A DNA stretch of 64,000 bases from Polyangiales bacterium (lineage in GTDB: Bacteria; Myxococcota_A; Polyangia; Polyangiales; Polyangiaceae), in NCBI GenBank assembly GCA_038231275.1, contig JBBRLQ010000015.1, positions 1-64,000 of the forward strand, written 5' to 3'. The position numbers were made by a program, and so were the translations under genes. Of this stretch, positions 19,534 through 30,107 are shown one piece after another. Below the pieces are notes generated by a model. That model was not told the origin of the DNA, ran no database searches, and saw only the letters and a list, made by a program, of their open reading frames with translations. Each line of letters opens with the position of its first letter. Position 1 is the first letter of the stretch.

Positions 19534-21612
19534 ATGAGAGGAACTCTTGTCTTGATCGCCGGGCTTGCGCTCGCGGCTGCCGCGCCGATTGGATGCGGTG
19601 ATTCGGCGGCCCCCAGTACCTTTGGCGAGGGCACGGGCGACGGCGGCGACGAAGGCGGCTCGAGCGGCAACACGCCTCCCCCCGAGCTCGGCGGAAACGA
19701 CGGCAGCACCGGCGACGGCAGCTCCGGCGGCGTCATCGCGAACATCACCTCGGCCCGCATCGATCCCGCGGACGCGACGATCGCGATCGCGCCGCCCGCG
19801 ACCGGGACGCAAGCCTACCGCGTGCTCGCGGTCCTGAACGGCGGCGGGCCAGAGGTGGACATCACCGCGCGCTCGGTCTTCTACGTGCCGGACAACTACC
19901 TCGTCGGCGGCTTCCCGACGAGCGGCGGCCCGCTCTTCACGACGAGCGCGACGACGCCGCGCGGCGGCAAGCTCACGGTGCAAGCGCAGGCGGCCAACAG
20001 CAACGGAACGATTACGACGATCACGACGTCGCTCACCGTGAAGCTGAACGCGACGCTGCCCTCGCCCAATGTGACCCCCCCGATTCCGCCGAACCCCGGC
20101 GGCCTCTTCGGCGGCAACCCCGATCCGAACCGCGCGCCGGTCACCTACTACCCGAACGACGGCGTCATGCTCCCGCCCAACTTGCATCGCCTCGAGGTGC
20201 AGTGGAAGGCGGGCACGTCGAACACGCTCTTCGAGCTGCACTTCTCGAGCGCGTTCGGCGACATCCTCTATTACTCGCGCTGCGGCGCGGGCATCCCCGG
20301 CGGGTGCGGGTTCGAGCTCGACAACGTCGGGTACGGCTACCTCGCCGAGAGCAACCGCGGCGGCGGCGCCGTGCAGCTGAAGATCCGCGGCACCGACGAC
20401 ACCGGCACCGGCTTCGGCGAGTCGAAGGTCTTCGCACTGAGCTTCGCGGAGACCGACGTGCTCGGCGGCCTCTACTATTGGGACGTCACGAACACGCGCA
20501 TCATGCGCTTCGACTTCGGCGGCACGCAGCCCACGCCCGAGGTCTTCGTCGCGCCCGGCGACTACGGTCTGCCCAGTGGCCAGTGCGTCGGCTGCCACGC
20601 GATCTCGCGCGACGGGAAGAAGATCGTGGCGTCGCTCAACGGACAGAGCGGCGGGCAGCAGGTCTTCGTGAACGATCTGTCGAAGGCGACGAACCCGCCG
20701 CTGCCGGCGCGCACCGACACCAACTTTCTCACGAAGAAGGGCGACGCCAGCAACCGCGTGCAGTTCGGCTCGTTCAACCCGGCGGGCGATCGCTTCGTGT
20801 CGGTGTACGGCGACACCGGGACCGCCGCCGACAAGTCGCTGTGGTTCAACGACGGCACGACGGGCAACCGCGTCGCCGCCGAGACCTTGAACCTCGCGTT
20901 CGAGCCCGATCACCCGGACTGGTCGCCCGACGGGAACACGATCGCGATGACGCACGTGGGGATCCATCAGACGTCGCAGCGCCCGTTCAACTGCGGCATC
21001 GACTTCATCACGAAGTCGGGCGCCACGTGGGGCGCCGCGCAGACGATCATCCCGATCGCTGCCGGGAAGAACCGCTTCAACCCCAACTTCGTGCCCGACT
21101 CGTCGTTCGTGTACTTCAGCGAGTCGACGTGCTCGAGCGGCTCGACCGGAGGCGACTGCGACGGCGACGCCGATCCGAGCACCAAGACGTGGGCGGCGAA
21201 GCCCGCGGCGGCGGCGACGGCGGTTCACCTCGCAAATGCCGACAAGGGCGGCGTCGCCGACGGCGCGACGACCGATTTGTGCGACACCTACCCGCGGTCG
21301 GCGCCGTTCAAGGGCAAGCAAGGGGCGGGCAAGCTCTTTTGGGCGACGATCGCGTCGCGACGCCAGCCGGGCCTCCGCGCGCGCAGCGGCAACCAACAGC
21401 TCCTCTGGATGTTCGCGGTCGATCCCGACAAGGTCGCCGCCGGTCAGGACGGCAGCTCGCCGGCGTTCTATCTGCCGTTCCAGGATCTGACCACGTCGAA
21501 CCACATCGGGCAGTGGACCGAGCAGATCGTCTCGAACCAGCCGCCGCCGCCCCCTCCCCCTCCGCCGCCGCCGCCTCCCCCGCCGCCGCCTCCCCCGCCG
21601 CCGGTGCGCTGA
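19534..21612 (+). CDS. TolB-like beta-propeller lipoprotein with C-terminal poly-proline tail
   Basis: Lipobox PIGC, PD40-like HPDWSPDG and ISRDGK repeats, CVGCH, 21 consecutive Pro. Confidence 0.8.
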   Translation: MRGTLVLIAGLALAAAAPIGCGDSAAPSTFGEGTGDGGDEGGSSGNTPPPELGGNDGSTGDGSSGGVIANITSARIDPADATIAIAPPATGTQAYRVLAVLNGGGPEVDITARSVFYVPDNYLVGGFPTSGGPLFTTSATTPRGGKLTVQAQAANSNGTITTITTSLTVKLNATLPSPNVTPPIPPNPGGLFGGNPDPNRAPVTYYPNDGVMLPPNLHRLEVQWKAGTSNTLFELHFSSAFGDILYYSRCGAGIPGGCGFELDNVGYGYLAESNRGGGAVQLKIRGTDDTGTGFGESKVFALSFAETDVLGGLYYWDVTNTRIMRFDFGGTQPTPEVFVAPGDYGLPSGQCVGCHAISRDGKKIVASLNGQSGGQQVFVNDLSKATNPPLPARTDTNFLTKKGDASNRVQFGSFNPAGDRFVSVYGDTGTAADKSLWFNDGTTGNRVAAETLNLAFEPDHPDWSPDGNTIAMTHVGIHQTSQRPFNCGIDFITKSGATWGAAQTIIPIAAGKNRFNPNFVPDSSFVYFSESTCSSGSTGGDCDGDADPSTKTWAAKPAAAATAVHLANADKGGVADGATTDLCDTYPRSAPFKGKQGAGKLFWATIASRRQPGLRARSGNQQLLWMFAVDPDKVAAGQDGSSPAFYLPFQDLTTSNHIGQWTEQIVSNQPPPPPPPPPPPPPPPPPPPPPVR

Positions 21613-21622
21613 GGCTCAAGCT

Positions 21623-21648
21623 CCCCGGCGGGCGACCGTTCGCCGGGG
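21623..21648 (+). terminator. GC-rich hairpin after the TolB-like gene
   Basis: CCCCGGCG...CGCCGGGG; no U-tract. Confidence 0.35.
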
Positions 21649-21649
21649 C

Positions 21650-21847
21650 ATGAACATGAGCTCCCTAGGCTCCGCCTTGTCCTCGGCGGTGAACGCGCCG
21701 GTTTCGACCGATCCTGTCGACCAGATCCAGTCGAAGGTCCAGGTGAGCATCCTCAAGAAGGCGCTGCAGGCGCAGGCCGACAGCGTCTCGACGCTCATCG
21801 CGTCGGTCACCGGGAACGTGGGCAGGAACGTCGACGTCCGCGGCTAG
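21650..21847 (+). CDS. YjfB family (putative motility) small protein
   Basis: VSILKKALQAQ...GRNVDVR signature. Confidence 0.7.
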   Translation: MNMSSLGSALSSAVNAPVSTDPVDQIQSKVQVSILKKALQAQADSVSTLIASVTGNVGRNVDVRG

Positions 21848-21877
21848 ACTGGAGTAGGCGCGCGATTGGGGTGTGCG

Positions 21878-22447
21878 CTACGTGCAGTTTTTCCCAGTGC
21901 ACGTCTTGTTGCAGCTGCTGCCGGGGCTGCAGAGCTGATTGCATTTCCCGCCGCTGCACGAGAGCGTGCAGTGCGCGCCGGGCATGCAGAGTTGGTTGCA
22001 GCCCGCGCCCGAGCACGAAAGATCACAGGTGCCGGTGATGCACTGCTGCTGGCAGTTGCCGCCCGCGCACGACGCGGTGCAGCCCGCCGGGCACGTCTGG
22101 GGGCAGCCGCCGGACGGGCACCCCATCGTGCCGCCGCCGAGGCCGGAGGGGACCGGGATCGGCGGAACGGGGACGGGCGACGGACCCGACCCGCTGGCTG
22201 ACGGAGAGCCTGAGGGACTGCCCGAGGGATGCGGATGCGGCACGGGATGGCCCGGCGTGGCGGTCGTCGTCGCGGGCAGGGTAGGGGCGGACGGCGCAAC
22301 GGTCGCGGGCGCAGAAGCGGCCGCGGACGCTTCTGGTGCAGCGTCGGCGGAGGCGTCCTTCTTGAATTTGTCGCATCCGACCGCCGTGAGCGCGAACGGA
22401 AGGGAGAGGAGCGCGGCGGCGACGAGGCGAACGGTGCGCGTTGACAT
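21878..22447 (-). CDS. Cys-rich lipoprotein with Pro/Ala linker
   Basis: Lipobox AVGC; CxGGxCxxxC repeats. Confidence 0.75.
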   Translation of the reverse strand: MSTRTVRLVAAALLSLPFALTAVGCDKFKKDASADAAPEASAAASAPATVAPSAPTLPATTTATPGHPVPHPHPSGSPSGSPSASGSGPSPVPVPPIPVPSGLGGGTMGCPSGGCPQTCPAGCTASCAGGNCQQQCITGTCDLSCSGAGCNQLCMPGAHCTLSCSGGKCNQLCSPGSSCNKTCTGKNCT

Positions 22448-22457
22448 GAGCGGGATG

Positions 22458-23795
22458 CTAATCCCGAACGAAGCTCGCGAGAAAGTATCCGTCGGTCCCG
22501 TGGACGTTCGGCAAGAGGCGTAGGGTGGTCGCGTCGCCGGCCAGGGCGCGTAGCTCCGGCGCATCGAAGGGGGCGGGGCGCAGCGTCGGCGCGCGGACGG
22601 CGAGGGCTGCGACGACGTCCTCAGCCTCTTCGCGGAGGACGCTGCACACTGCGAAGACGAGCCTCCCGCCTGGACGAACCTGCTTGGCAGCGTTCACGAC
22701 GATCGCGATTTGCATCTCCGCGAGCGCGCCGAGGTCGGCCTCGGTGCGACGGAGCGCGAGGTCGGGGCGGCGGCGAAGAGTCCCGACGCCGCTGCACGGC
22801 GCGTCGACGAGGACGCGATCGTAGGTCCCCTCGACGTCGCCGCTGCCGGCGGTCCAATCGACGACGAACGTCTGGCCGGCCGCGAGGCCGAGGCGCGCCA
22901 GCTCTTTTTTCAGGCGCTCCAGCTTGGATACGTGCAGATCGCATGCATCGACGGCGCCGCCCGGGAGGACGCGCCGGGCGAGGAGAGAGGTCTTGTTGCC
23001 GCGGCCCGCGCACGCGTCGAGGACGTGCTCGCCGGGGCGTGCGCCGAGCGCGAGCGCGACGACCTGCGAGCCCTCCTCTTGTACGAAGAGCTTCCCTTCT
23101 GCCGCGCCGGGCAGGTGCTCGATCCGACCGGCACCGCGCGCGAGGATCGCGATCGGCGAGGCCTGACCAAGCTCGAAGGTCGCCGCGGGCGAGGCTTCGC
23201 GGAGGCGCGCAAGCCACGCGTCACGCGCGCCTGGCGATTCATCCTCCACGCGAAGGCCTACCGGAGGCGGCTCGGCTCCGGCGGCGACGAACGCGCGCGC
23301 GCCTTCCTCACCGAGCGCGCGCGTGAGCGACGCGATGAGCCACGGCGCGACCGACGAGGCCGCGGCTGCCGCGTAGCTGGGACCCTCGCGCGCGGCGTCG
23401 GCGGCGACCTTGCGGAGCACCGCGTTCGCGAACGCGCCGACCTTCGGACCCGAGCGCGCCGTCACGCCGCTCACGGCCTCGCTCACCGCCGCGAACGCCG
23501 GGATGCGCGAGAGGAACGCCACCTGGTACGCCGCGAGGATCATGTGCGCGCGCGAATGAGGCTCGAGCTTGCCGATGCCCTTCGCCGCGTGGCGCTCGAT
23601 CCTCGCGGTCAGCCACGGGAGCACGCGGAGCGAGCCGTACACCAGCTCGGTCGCGAGCCCCTTGTCGCGGGGATCGAGCTCCACCGCGCGCTCGATCTCC
23701 GCGTCGAGCGCGGCGGCGGCATACGCGGCGTCGCTCTCCACGCGCGCGAGCACGTTCGCGGCGACCTCGCGCGCGGAGGTGCGCCGTGCCTTCAT
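22458..23795 (-). CDS. rsmB: 16S rRNA m5C967 methyltransferase RsmB/Sun
   Basis: NusB-like N-terminal domain, VLDACAGRGNKT, DAPCSG, VCS. Confidence 0.88.
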   Translation of the reverse strand: MKARRTSAREVAANVLARVESDAAYAAAALDAEIERAVELDPRDKGLATELVYGSLRVLPWLTARIERHAAKGIGKLEPHSRAHMILAAYQVAFLSRIPAFAAVSEAVSGVTARSGPKVGAFANAVLRKVAADAAREGPSYAAAAASSVAPWLIASLTRALGEEGARAFVAAGAEPPPVGLRVEDESPGARDAWLARLREASPAATFELGQASPIAILARGAGRIEHLPGAAEGKLFVQEEGSQVVALALGARPGEHVLDACAGRGNKTSLLARRVLPGGAVDACDLHVSKLERLKKELARLGLAAGQTFVVDWTAGSGDVEGTYDRVLVDAPCSGVGTLRRRPDLALRRTEADLGALAEMQIAIVVNAAKQVRPGGRLVFAVCSVLREEAEDVVAALAVRAPTLRPAPFDAPELRALAGDATTLRLLPNVHGTDGYFLASFVRD

Positions 23796-25864
23796 TCCGG
23801 CTTGAAGCGGATCTGCGGCGGCGGCGTGTAGGACGTCGACGTCGCGTTGTACGGCTGAAGGTACACGACGGCCTTCTCGCACGCCGCGAGCGCGGTGCCG
23901 TAGCCGTTCCCGAGCGTGAGGCCGGGGCACCAGCTCGATCCGTTCGCATCGGGGCTCGTGAGCGACGGCGAGCCGGAGGCACCTTCAGACACGGCGCCGG
24001 TGCACGCGAGACGCTCGCTGACCGTCGTCGGGACGGTCGCCCGCTTGTACACCGTGAGGAAGCCGTCGCTCTGCGTGCCGCTGCCCGACGTGCACACCGC
24101 CCACGTCGAGAGCGTGACCGACGAGATGGTGGAGTTCTGGACGACGTACGCCGCGTACGGCTGCGAATTGGTCGGCGTCGCGGGGATGGTGGCGGGACAG
24201 ACGCGCGACGTCGTGTAGCGCTCCGACGTCGGCTGGCCCGCCCAGGTAACCGATCGCGTCGTGACCGTTCCGACCGCGCCGAGCGCCACGTCCACGCCGG
24301 TCGTGTCACATCCGACGGTGAACGGAAGCGTGTTCGAAGTTCCACCCCCAGGCGCCGGCGTCGTCACGGACAATTGGAGGGTACCGATGGTTCCGAGGAG
24401 CGATCCCGGAACGGTCGCGGTGAGCTGTGTCCCGCTCACGTACGTGGTCGCGAGGCCGGTGGAGCCCATCTGCGCGGCCGCGCCGAAGACGAAGCCGGTG
24501 CCCGCGATCGTGATCGACGCGCTCGCCGAGCCCACGACGGCGCTGTTGGGCGTCACCGACGTTAGCGACGGCGCAGGGTTCGTGATCGTGAAATTCAGGC
24601 TGCCCGACGTCCCGCCGCCGGGCGCGGGGTTCATGACGGCGACCGCGATCGTGCCCGGCGCGGTGAGCTGCCCGGAGCTGAGCGTGGCTTGGAGATTGTT
24701 GGAGTCTACATACGTCGTGCTGGTCGCCGTGCCGTTGAACGTCACCTGCGAGGCGATGCTGAAGCCCGAGCCCATGACGGTGATCTGCGTCGCGCCAGAC
24801 CCCGTGGAGCCCGCGCTGGGCGAGAGCGACGCGACGGTGGGCGACGGGTTCAGGACCTGGAACGTGACCGGTGTGCTTACGCCGCCACCGGGCTCGGGGT
24901 TGGTGACGACGACGGGGAACGAGCCGACGGTCGTGAACGACGAGGCGGGTACGTTCGCCGTGAGGTGCGCGCCGTCGACGAAGGTGCTGGGCACCGTGGT
25001 GCCGTTGAGCGAGACGGCGCTCGCGGGGATGAAGCCCGCGCCGGTGACCGCGAGGGCCTGCGCCGGCGCGCCCACGACGACGCTGGTGGGGCTCACGCTC
25101 GACACCGTGACGGTCGGGTTCGTGACGACGAACGCGATGCTGCTCGACGCGCCGCCGCCAGGGGCCGGATTTTTCACCACCACGGTGTGGTTTCCGGACG
25201 CGGTGAGGAAGGACGCGGGGATCGTCGCCGAGAGGCTCGTCAGGCTGCCGTACGTCGTCGCCAGCGCGTTGCCGTCGAACGAGATCGCCGCGCCCGTCAC
25301 GAACTGGTTGCCGCTGACGGTCAGCGCCGTCGCCGCCGCACCCACCGCGACGCTCTGCGGCGCGATGAGCGTGAGCTGCGGGATGGGGTTATTCACCGTG
25401 AAGGTGGCGGTGGCGCTAAGGCCTCCGCCGGGCGGTGCGGTGCCGACGGCGACATTGAGCGTGCCGGCAGCGAGGAGCTTGGAGGACGGGAGCGTCGTGT
25501 GAAGCTCCTTGTCGCTCACGAACTCGGTCGGGAGCGGCGCGCCGTCGATTTGCACGACCGACGCCTCCACGAACCCCGCCCCGAAGACGACCAGCGGCGG
25601 CCCGGCCGTGCCCGCGACGGCGTTGTCCGGGTTGATCGACCCGAGGACCGGCAACGGCGCCACGCCCGTCTCGTCGCCATGACCGGCGTCGGCGTCCGCT
25701 CCCGTGCCCCCATCCTTCGCCGGCGGCGGCGCGATCTGCCCGCCATCGGCCCCCGCGTCCGCGCCGTCGCCTGCTGCGCCGGGCGTGTCCGAAGAACAAC
25801 CCCACGCAATCAGTAGGGAAAGCGCCAAGCTTCCAACGACCCAGCTTCGCGGTGAGGGCGCCAT
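23792..25864 (-). CDS. IPT/TIG-repeat lipoprotein
   Basis: Lipobox AWGC; about five repeats ending (N/T)PAPGGGxS..FTV. Confidence 0.85.
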   Translation of the reverse strand: MAPSPRSWVVGSLALSLLIAWGCSSDTPGAAGDGADAGADGGQIAPPPAKDGGTGADADAGHGDETGVAPLPVLGSINPDNAVAGTAGPPLVVFGAGFVEASVVQIDGAPLPTEFVSDKELHTTLPSSKLLAAGTLNVAVGTAPPGGGLSATATFTVNNPIPQLTLIAPQSVAVGAAATALTVSGNQFVTGAAISFDGNALATTYGSLTSLSATIPASFLTASGNHTVVVKNPAPGGGASSSIAFVVTNPTVTVSSVSPTSVVVGAPAQALAVTGAGFIPASAVSLNGTTVPSTFVDGAHLTANVPASSFTTVGSFPVVVTNPEPGGGVSTPVTFQVLNPSPTVASLSPSAGSTGSGATQITVMGSGFSIASQVTFNGTATSTTYVDSNNLQATLSSGQLTAPGTIAVAVMNPAPGGGTSGSLNFTITNPAPSLTSVTPNSAVVGSASASITIAGTGFVFGAAAQMGSTGLATTYVSGTQLTATVPGSLLGTIGTLQLSVTTPAPGGGTSNTLPFTVGCDTTGVDVALGAVGTVTTRSVTWAGQPTSERYTTSRVCPATIPATPTNSQPYAAYVVQNSTISSVTLSTWAVCTSGSGTQSDGFLTVYKRATVPTTVSERLACTGAVSEGASGSPSLTSPDANGSSWCPGLTLGNGYGTALAACEKAVVYLQPYNATSTSYTPPPQIRFKPE

Positions 25865-25926
25865 CTGTGGAGTGGCCCGCGTTCTTACACAACGCGGCGT
25901 CTCATGCCACGGGTTTGGAGGCAGGT

Positions 25927-27651
25927 TCAGCCGAAAATCTCGTGGATCTCGCCGCGAATCACGTCCCAACGGCGCTCGACGTCGTTCTTGAAGGCGATGG
26001 CCATCAGGACCACAAGCACGCTCACCCCCACGAGGCTCGCGACCTCGCGCGAACGGAGCGAGATGGGGCGCCTGCGGATGGCCTCCACGAGAAAGAAGAA
26101 GAGGTGGCCGCCGTCGAGCACGGGGATCGGCAGGAGGTTCACGAGACCGAGGTTCACCGAGATGAGCGCCATCGCCCAGATGAAGTAGGTGGCGCCGCGC
26201 GCGCCGGCTTGCCCCGCGACGTCGTAGATCGTGATCGGGCCGCTCACCGTCGCGATGCTCACGCGCCCCTGCACGAGCCGCACGAGGCCGACGCCGATGA
26301 ACTTGATGACACGCAGCGTCTCCTCGACGCCGCCGCGCACGGCGTGCGTGTAGAGGTTCGGGTTCGCGACGAGGACGTCGGGGGTCGTCGGCAGCCAGTG
26401 CGTGGTGCGGAAGACGTAGCGCTCGTAGTGCTGTCCGATCTCGTCGTCCCACTGCTCTTTGCGGAGCTGGAAGGTGCCGGCCATCGGCTCGCCGGCACGG
26501 GTCCACTCGAGGGCGTGCATGCGGCTCGCGCCGGACATGAGCTCGGCGTTCATCGTCCGCCACAGGCGCTCGGGGACGCCGTCGAGCGTCGTGATGCGAT
26601 CGCCCGCGCGAAGACCGGCGCGCCACTCGCTCGAGCCCTCGGGAACGAACGCGGCGTAGAGATCGCTCGACTCGATCCCGGTACGAAGGAGCACGTCGCG
26701 CTCACGCTGCGCTTCGTCGGTGGCGGGCGCGCCGCCGATGGCGGAGGGAGCGAGCGGCGTGAGCGTCGCGACGCCGGGCTCCATCACCGCGATGTCGCAG
26801 AGCCCGCCGAGCGCAAGCGGAACGGGGACCGGCCGCAGGTACGAGATCGCGACCGTGTCGCCGCGGTTCTGCGCGAGCGCGGTGGCCAAATCGACGAAGC
26901 GCTCCACCTTGCGACCGTTGATGGCGGTGATGCGATCGAACGTGCGAAGCCCCGCGCGGTACGCCGGCGAGTCGGTGCGCGGGACGCCGAGCACCGGCGC
27001 CGGGAAGCTCGGCATGAAGCCGATGCGCCCGACGTGCTCGACCATCTCGAGCTCGACGGGCTCCACTTGCTCCACCTCGTCGGCCGGCGTGAGCATCACC
27101 TCGACGGTGCGCCCGTCGCGCTGCACCGTCATCTTGATCGGCACGCCCGCGCGCGACGCGACGATGCGCTGCACCTCGGGGAAGCTCGAGACGTCGCGCC
27201 CGTCGACGATCTGGATCACGTCACCGGGGAGGAGCTTTCCGTCCGCCGGCTTGCCCGGCACGACGACGCCGACGGTGGGCGGCGTGAGCAGGCGATCCTC
27301 GAGGTAGACGCTCGTGTAGAGGACCATCGGGAAGAGCACGTTCATCGCCGGCCCCGCGAGGACGATGACGATCCGCTTCCACAGGGCCTGCGCCTCGAAG
27401 GTGCGCCTCTTCTCTTCGGGGAGCACCTGCTCGGTGCCGCGCGCCTCCTCGAGCATCTTCACGAAGCCACCGAGCGGGAAGAGGCCGATGCAATACTCGG
27501 TCTCCTTGCCGCGGATCTTGACGAGCTTCGGCCCGAAGCCGATCGAGAACGTGATGACCTTCACGCCGAAGATCTTCGCGAACGCGAAATGCCCGAGCTC
27601 GTGGACGAAGATCAGAATGCTGATCAGGAGGACGAAGTAGAGGAGATCCAT
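25927..27651 (-). CDS. rseP: RIP metalloprotease RseP with PDZ domains
   Basis: HELGH, AGPAMN and NLLPIPVLDGG motifs. Confidence 0.93.
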   Translation of the reverse strand: MDLLYFVLLISILIFVHELGHFAFAKIFGVKVITFSIGFGPKLVKIRGKETEYCIGLFPLGGFVKMLEEARGTEQVLPEEKRRTFEAQALWKRIVIVLAGPAMNVLFPMVLYTSVYLEDRLLTPPTVGVVVPGKPADGKLLPGDVIQIVDGRDVSSFPEVQRIVASRAGVPIKMTVQRDGRTVEVMLTPADEVEQVEPVELEMVEHVGRIGFMPSFPAPVLGVPRTDSPAYRAGLRTFDRITAINGRKVERFVDLATALAQNRGDTVAISYLRPVPVPLALGGLCDIAVMEPGVATLTPLAPSAIGGAPATDEAQRERDVLLRTGIESSDLYAAFVPEGSSEWRAGLRAGDRITTLDGVPERLWRTMNAELMSGASRMHALEWTRAGEPMAGTFQLRKEQWDDEIGQHYERYVFRTTHWLPTTPDVLVANPNLYTHAVRGGVEETLRVIKFIGVGLVRLVQGRVSIATVSGPITIYDVAGQAGARGATYFIWAMALISVNLGLVNLLPIPVLDGGHLFFFLVEAIRRRPISLRSREVASLVGVSVLVVLMAIAFKNDVERRWDVIRGEIHEIFG

Positions 27652-27731
27652 CGCGAGCTCGGCGCGCCGCCGCGGTCACGTCGTAGCACACGCCCTGGCC
27701 GCGTACGCGACCCGCCCGCGAAGGGGACGCT

Positions 27732-29030
27732 TCAGAGCCCCTTGACCTCGGTCGGGTGACCCGGCGAATCCCCGTACTCGTTGATGGTGCCGCCGCCGAG
27801 CTGGCCGCGATCGTTCTTCCCCCAGCACTGGGCGCCCTGCTTTTTGTGGGCCGCGCAGGAGAACGCTTCGCCGGCGGCGATCCAGCGCGCGTCGACGAGA
27901 TCGAGCACGTGGACCGGGATCTTCGCGATGACCGACGACGGGCCGATGCCGACCTCGAACTCGATGTTCGAGCCCCAGCAGAACGCGTCGCCCTTGGCCG
28001 TCGCGACGCACGTGTGCTCGCGGCCGGCGCCGCCCTGGTACGCGCCGCTCATCCCGATGACGGGGACCGCCTTGTTGTTGATGAACGCGGAGCCGGCGCC
28101 GAGCTCGCCGTTCTCGTTGTCGCCCCAGCACTGCATCGAGCCGTTGCCGAGGATCGCGCAGGTGTGGTCGTCCCCGCCGAAGAGCGCGCGCGCGTCGGTG
28201 ACGCCGACGGCGACGGCGGGGTCGATCTCGTTGGAGCCCGAGGTGGCGTTGCCAATCTGGCCGTCCTGGTTTCGGCCCCAGCACTGCACCGTGCGATCGG
28301 TCATGATGCTGCACGTATGCTCCCACCCGAGCGCGACGGAGCTGACGGTGTCGAGGCCCGGCACCTTCTTGGGGCTGACGACGTTCGCCATGCCCTGCGC
28401 GCCGCACTCGCCGAAGATGTTGCGGCCCCAGCAGTAGACCGTGCCCTGCACGTCGTACGCGCACGTGTGGTAGCCGCCTGCGGAGACGCCGATGACGCCC
28501 GGCATTTTTAGCTTGGTCGGCGTGAAGACCGGATCGGGACCCATCGTGCCGATGCCCGACTCGCCTTGCGTGTTGCCGCCCCAGCACCACAAGCTCTCGT
28601 CGACGGCGAGCGCGCAGGTGTGGTGGGTGCCGGTGGCGACGCGAACGATCGAGGGGAGGCCCTCGACCTTTTTCGCGGAGGGGCGATTCGTCTTGGTGCC
28701 GTCGCCGAGCTGGCCGAGCTCGTTGGCGCCCCAGCACCACACCTCACCGGCAGTGGTGCGGAGGCATGCGTGCGCTTCGCCGGTGGCGATTTGCTGATCG
28801 TTCGCGACCTCGGCGTCGCCGACGAGGATGGTGGGCGGCGGCGCGCCGTCGAGATCGGGCGCGTCGGACCCCGCGTCGGCGTCGCCGTTCGCGTCGAACC
28901 CGCCGTCATCGGTCGGACCCGGCCCGATCGCGTCGTCGTCGAGGAGAAGACCCGTGCGTCCGCACGCGACACCCGACGCGACGGCGACGAACGCGACGAA
29001 CGAAACTCCTAAAATCCCCCAATTACGCAT
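27732..29030 (-). CDS. RCC1-repeat lipoprotein
   Basis: Lipobox GVAC; seven G..HTC...CWG.N..G repeats. Confidence 0.88.
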   Translation of the reverse strand: MRNWGILGVSFVAFVAVASGVACGRTGLLLDDDAIGPGPTDDGGFDANGDADAGSDAPDLDGAPPPTILVGDAEVANDQQIATGEAHACLRTTAGEVWCWGANELGQLGDGTKTNRPSAKKVEGLPSIVRVATGTHHTCALAVDESLWCWGGNTQGESGIGTMGPDPVFTPTKLKMPGVIGVSAGGYHTCAYDVQGTVYCWGRNIFGECGAQGMANVVSPKKVPGLDTVSSVALGWEHTCSIMTDRTVQCWGRNQDGQIGNATSGSNEIDPAVAVGVTDARALFGGDDHTCAILGNGSMQCWGDNENGELGAGSAFINNKAVPVIGMSGAYQGGAGREHTCVATAKGDAFCWGSNIEFEVGIGPSSVIAKIPVHVLDLVDARWIAAGEAFSCAAHKKQGAQCWGKNDRGQLGGGTINEYGDSPGHPTEVKGL

Positions 29031-29033
29031 AGG

Positions 29034-29693
29034 TCAGCTCGCGAGTGAAAGGACGTGTTCGAACAGCGCGCGTCCGTCGTGACCACCTTGAACGTCTTCG
29101 CTCATGCGCTCCGGATGAGGCATGAGGCCGAAGACGTTCTTGCGCGAGCCGCCGTAGATGCCCGCGATGTCGTGCACCGAACCGTTGGGATTCTGCACGT
29201 AGCGGAGCGCGACCTGGCCCTCGCCTTCGAGACGCGCGAGGACATCTTCCGACGCCCGGTAGCGCCCCTCGGCATGCGCGATCGGAAGGCGCCACTCTTC
29301 ACCCGTCGCCGGAGTGAAGGGCCCCTCGGACGTGACCTTCACCTTCACGTCCCCGCACTCGAAGCGCATGTGCAGGTTGCGCGTGAGCGCGCCGGGAAGG
29401 AGGCCCGCCTCGGTGAGGATTTGGAAGCCGTTGCACACGCCGAGCACGTAGCCGCCGCGATCGGCGTGCTGCTTGATCGCGTGCATGATGGGGCTGGTCT
29501 TCGCGATGGCGCCACAGCGCAGATAATCGCCGTAGCTGAACCCGCCGGGTATCGCGACGAGGTCGGTGCCGGCCGGAAGCGACGTGTCCGTGTGCCAGAT
29601 CACGGTGGTCACGGCGCCGCAGACGTCGCGGAGGGTGCGAATCATCTCCGCGTCGGCGTTCAAACCGGGAAAAATGGCTACGGTCGCGCGCAT
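29034..29693 (-). CDS. purQ: FGAM synthase glutaminase subunit PurQ
   Basis: PGGFSYGDYLR, GVCNGFQ and MPHPER motifs. Confidence 0.95.
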   Translation of the reverse strand: MRATVAIFPGLNADAEMIRTLRDVCGAVTTVIWHTDTSLPAGTDLVAIPGGFSYGDYLRCGAIAKTSPIMHAIKQHADRGGYVLGVCNGFQILTEAGLLPGALTRNLHMRFECGDVKVKVTSEGPFTPATGEEWRLPIAHAEGRYRASEDVLARLEGEGQVALRYVQNPNGSVHDIAGIYGGSRKNVFGLMPHPERMSEDVQGGHDGRALFEHVLSLAS

Positions 29694-29761
29694 GCGGGGC
29701 TATTCGTCTACCCCTGGGAAGCCCCCGGCGCAACTGCGGGGAATGTCGCCGCGAGTCGAGA

Positions 29762-29807
29762 TCCGACACCGACTCCGGCTCCGACTCCGACTCCGACGCC
29801 GACGCCG
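29762..29807. repeat. Hexamer tandem repeat (CCGACN)n
   Basis: ccgacaccgactccggctccgactccgactccgacgccgacgccg. Confidence 0.7.
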
Positions 29808-30107
29808 CTCTGGCCAGCGAACGACGTCATCCTCGCGTACACCGATCGCATCGTGAAGCACCCTGCGTCGACAGACTGTCATGGACCTCGCGTCGTCGAT
29901 GACAGGTTGACTTCGTGAGGACGCACCCAGCCTGTCGCGCTCGACGCAACGCCGCGCGGCGCCCTGGTGTTGGCGAGGCAACGTCGGGGGTGATCCGAGC
30001 GCAACGCGGCGCGACTGCAGCACAGGTGCTTCAGTCGCGAACGTGCGGCTCGACCGTCAACAACGAACACCGCGTGTGTGGCATGTCGGTTGCGTAAGGG
30101 GCGGTTC

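Noticed and set aside
29700..30100. Small ORFs upstream of purQ
   Set aside because: No convincing RBS, codon pattern or motif.
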